This document shows positions 61,178 through 64,000 of a DNA stretch of 64,000 bases, in pieces (position 1 is the stretch's first letter; each line of letters begins with the position of its first letter). Origin of the DNA: Paraspadella gotoi (taxonomy: Eukaryota; Animalia; Chaetognatha). Location of the stretch: the NCBI GenBank assembly GCA_051294375.1, contig CM119267.1, forward strand, positions 23,251,486 to 23,315,485, written 5' to 3'. A program made the position numbers and the translations under genes. The notes under the pieces were generated by a model. That model searched no databases. It was not told the origin of the DNA and worked only from the letters and a program-made list of their open reading frames with translations.

Positions 61178-62306
61178 ATGAGTTCCAAAGATCAATCCAT
61201 TAAACTGAACGACGGGCGCTCCATGCCCCTCCTCGGTCTCGGCACGTGGAAATCGGCGCCGGGCGTTGTGGGCGCGGTGGTCAAGCACGCCCTCAGCGTC
61301 GGGTATCGTCACATCGACTGCGCCTTCGTGTACGGCAACGAAAAAGAGATCGGCGAGGCGTTGGAGGAGGCCTTTCGTGATGGAATCGTCAAACGCGAAG
61401 ACGTCTTCATCACCTCTAAGTGTTGGCTTACCTACTTGACCAAATCCAGAGCGCGCGAGTGTCTGAACACGACCCTCAAAGATCTTCGTCTCGACTACCT
61501 CGATCTATACCTCGTCCACTGGCCCATGGCCCTCAAGCAAGGCGTCGAAGTATTCCCTAAGGACGCCGACGGCAAAGTTGAATCCTCGGACGTTAGTTTT
61601 CTCGAAACTTGGGAAGCCTTCGAAGAGTTTCAGCAGGAAGGACTCGTCAAGTCCATAGGCATCTCCAATTTTAATAGCCTTCAAATCAAGGAGTTGCTGG
61701 AGAAGTGCCGTGTGCAACCAAGCGTCAACCAGGTATTTTAAATCTTTATTTTTATTTTTTTTAGCTTTTTAAATACCTTTTCGCGCGTTTTTTTCCACCA
61801 GTGCGAGATTCATCCTTTTCTCAACAACGAGAAATTGGTCAAGTTTTGTCAGTCGAAGGGAATCGCTATGACGGCCTACAGTCCCTTCGCCTCTCCCGAT
61901 CGCCCCGAAGCCAAGGCTGACGATGTCGTTTTGTGGGACGATCCCAAGATCAAGTCCATCGCTGAGAAACATGGAAGGAGCGTCGCGCAAGTAATACAAC
62001 CAATTGGTTTACACAAATTAGAACCAATTCTCATGCAAAGAAAACCATTTAATTTATTATTATTTAATTATTATTTAATTCTTTTCTTTCTAGATCCTGA
62101 TCCGCTTCTCCATCGAGCGCAACATTTCCGTGATCCCGAAATCGGCGGATCCGGGTCGCGTCAAGGAAAACTCCAACGTCTTCGATTTTTCCCTGGACGC
62201 GGACGACATGACCGCCCTCATGGACATGAATCGCGACGACGGACGAAGGATCAACGCCGATTTTTGCTCTCACCTTTTTAATTATCCATTTGTAGTGGAA
62301 TTTTAA
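61178..62306 (+). CDS. Aldo-keto reductase (AKR1A/1B-like)
   Basis: Exons 61178-61732, 61802-61990, 62094-62306. GLGTWK, GYRHIDCA.VY.NE, LDYLDLYLVHWP, SIGISNFN, VIPKS. Confidence 0.96.
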
Positions 62307-62710
62307 CGAGGGGCTGTTTAGTAACCCTGGACGAACAGTTTTATTGATGGAATATTTTTAAAACGTCTTTAGCTTGAAGTGTTATTATTTTTAGATGTTG
62401 ATTGGGATGCTTTTTTTAACGTTTTGGTTACCCTTTTCACCTTACGTAGTGGGCATTAAAAAAATTCACAGTAGAAAATTTCAAAGACAATTTAGGTCGA
62501 ATCTGTGATTTATCTGTGATTAAATTTCCTTTAAGGGCAACTGTGAATTTATAGTATTGGTGGCTGTTTTATGGGCGCCTTTTTTACATAATATCCCCGC
62601 TACGGAATTTTTTTAAACCTTGTGCATTGTGCCATGTTCTTTTGACGCACTTGCTTTTTTATACCAACTCGAGCTACATAATTTGAAGATAATTTGAAGA
62701 TAAGCAACGT

Positions 62711-62830
62711 AGGGTAGATACTGGATTGAGATTGAACCCGGAAGCAAGTCTTCTTGAGCTAATAGCTTTACTCAATGATCCACCGAGTGAAGGTGCCATG
62801 CTTAATGGCGGGCTGAACTTTCCGCAATGT
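62711..62830 (-). mobile_element. tRNA-derived SINE-like repeat, degenerate copy 2
   Basis: Colinear with 11324-11448 (ATTGAACCCGG, GCTTTACTCAATGA, TGAAGGTG.CATGCTTA, GGCGGG.TGAAC). Confidence 0.7.
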
Positions 62831-62930
62831 ACATTTTTTTGTTATTTTCTGATTCCCCTCAAATTTCAATGGCATTTTTTCAGAGCATATTTATTTCTAG
62901 CTCAAAAGACTGATCAAACTTGCGAAGACA

Positions 62931-64000
62931 ATGAAGGGGAAATCTCAACATCATCGGACCGAGAATCGGTTCCGGTTCAAATCTTTCGCGGATCGATTGG
63001 CCGACATCAACATCGACGTCGTCCACCGAATCTCCAGACCTGGGTCCGAGTTGGACGCCGACGCCGACCACACTCATTTTTACGAAGTCAGAATATCTGC
63101 TTTTTAGTTTTTAGAAATTGAATTTGGAGCCTCTTTCTATTGGTCATTTTACTTTTTTTTTCCTTTCCCAGGGTTTGCAAAAGTGGTCAGATCTTAATTG
63201 TACAGAGACCTTCAGTGGATTCGTAAAGGAGGTGGCCAATAAGTGCGAAACCTTGCCTCAGCTCTTGCATCATCAAGTGCGTTTATTTTGTTTCCATTAT
63301 ATCAACCGTCATTTGTAATTTTACTTTTTTATTGATTTATAGTAAAATTTGTATTCTCTTTAATTTTTTAAGCCGGCCATCGTGGACTCTTTGATCCGCC
63401 ACCTGGACCGCGGGAACGCCCTCTCCCTAGAGCCGCTCCTCGATCTCGCCGTTCAACTCGCTCGCGACGCCGGGCTCGAGTTCCGCCCTCACTTTCCAGA
63501 CACCTTCCAAGCATTCGTCCGCGTACTCGACCGTTTTCCGCAGGAGCCCGACGTTCTCGAGTGGACCTTCGCCTCTTTGTCTCACGTCTTCAAGTTTTTG
63601 TGGAGATACATCTTGAAAGACTTGGAAGGGACTTTTTGGTGAGTAAAAAATAAAAAAGTGCTTGATCGATTAATGTAATAGTTGAATGATTTTTGCGATT
63701 TTATTTTTTGTTTAATTATATTACATATTTAGGCTTTGCTGATTTAAAGTTTTAGACTTTTTAAAAATTCTTTCTTGGATTGCTTGGTTCATTGATCATT
63801 TTGATTTCTTTTTTTTAAATATAAAAACTACAATCCTCCTCTTTTCCAGCCTTCTCTCTCCCCTCCTCGACTCCCGGCACCGCCGCCGTCACGTTGTAGC
63901 CTTCGCCGCCGAATCCTACGCTTTCCTCCTCCGCAAGTCACGTGACCTTCCCGCCTTCGTCGACTTCCTCGTCGCCAAGTCGATCGTCGACTCGGATCTC
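62931..64000 (+). CDS. UTP20: SSU processome component UTP20, 5' part
   Basis: MKGKSQHHRTENRFRFKSFADRLADINIDVVHRI, LQKWSDLNCTE.F, TLPQLLHHQ, LEPLLDLAVQLARD, LEWTFASLSHVFKFLWR. Continues past the window. Confidence 0.93.

Overview
Compact invertebrate (eukaryotic) genomic DNA with GC-rich exons and short AT-rich spliceosomal introns. All gene models were spliced by hand, and family calls rest on remembered motifs, not database searches. A minus-strand inward-rectifier K+ channel (runs off the left edge) is followed by about 8 kb of gene-poor DNA and then 18 recognisable genes, all on the + strand: CDK9, cyclin L, NAA60, an orphan type I membrane protein, a 10-finger C2H2 protein, a POMGNT1-like protein, a dsRBD/RNase H fusion, annexin, DDX19, selenophosphate synthetase, ERV1/ALR, NUP160, eIF1A, COX16, an SLC5 symporter, a second annexin, an aldo-keto reductase and UTP20 (runs off the right edge). 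Very short gaps and unpaired 3' splice acceptors just before start codons suggest trans-spliced operons. The best candidate for a new system is a 5-exon gene (37699-39750) fusing two DHX30-like dsRNA-binding domains to a DIRS-retrotransposon-type RNase H with an intact D-E-D-D catalytic set. Also notable are a Sec-encoding SPS2 with SECIS, an SRE-like hairpin and an atypical U-L-S-K motif, a minimal hammerhead ribozyme in a Penelope-like fold-back remnant, and a POMGNT1-like protein lacking its DxD motif.
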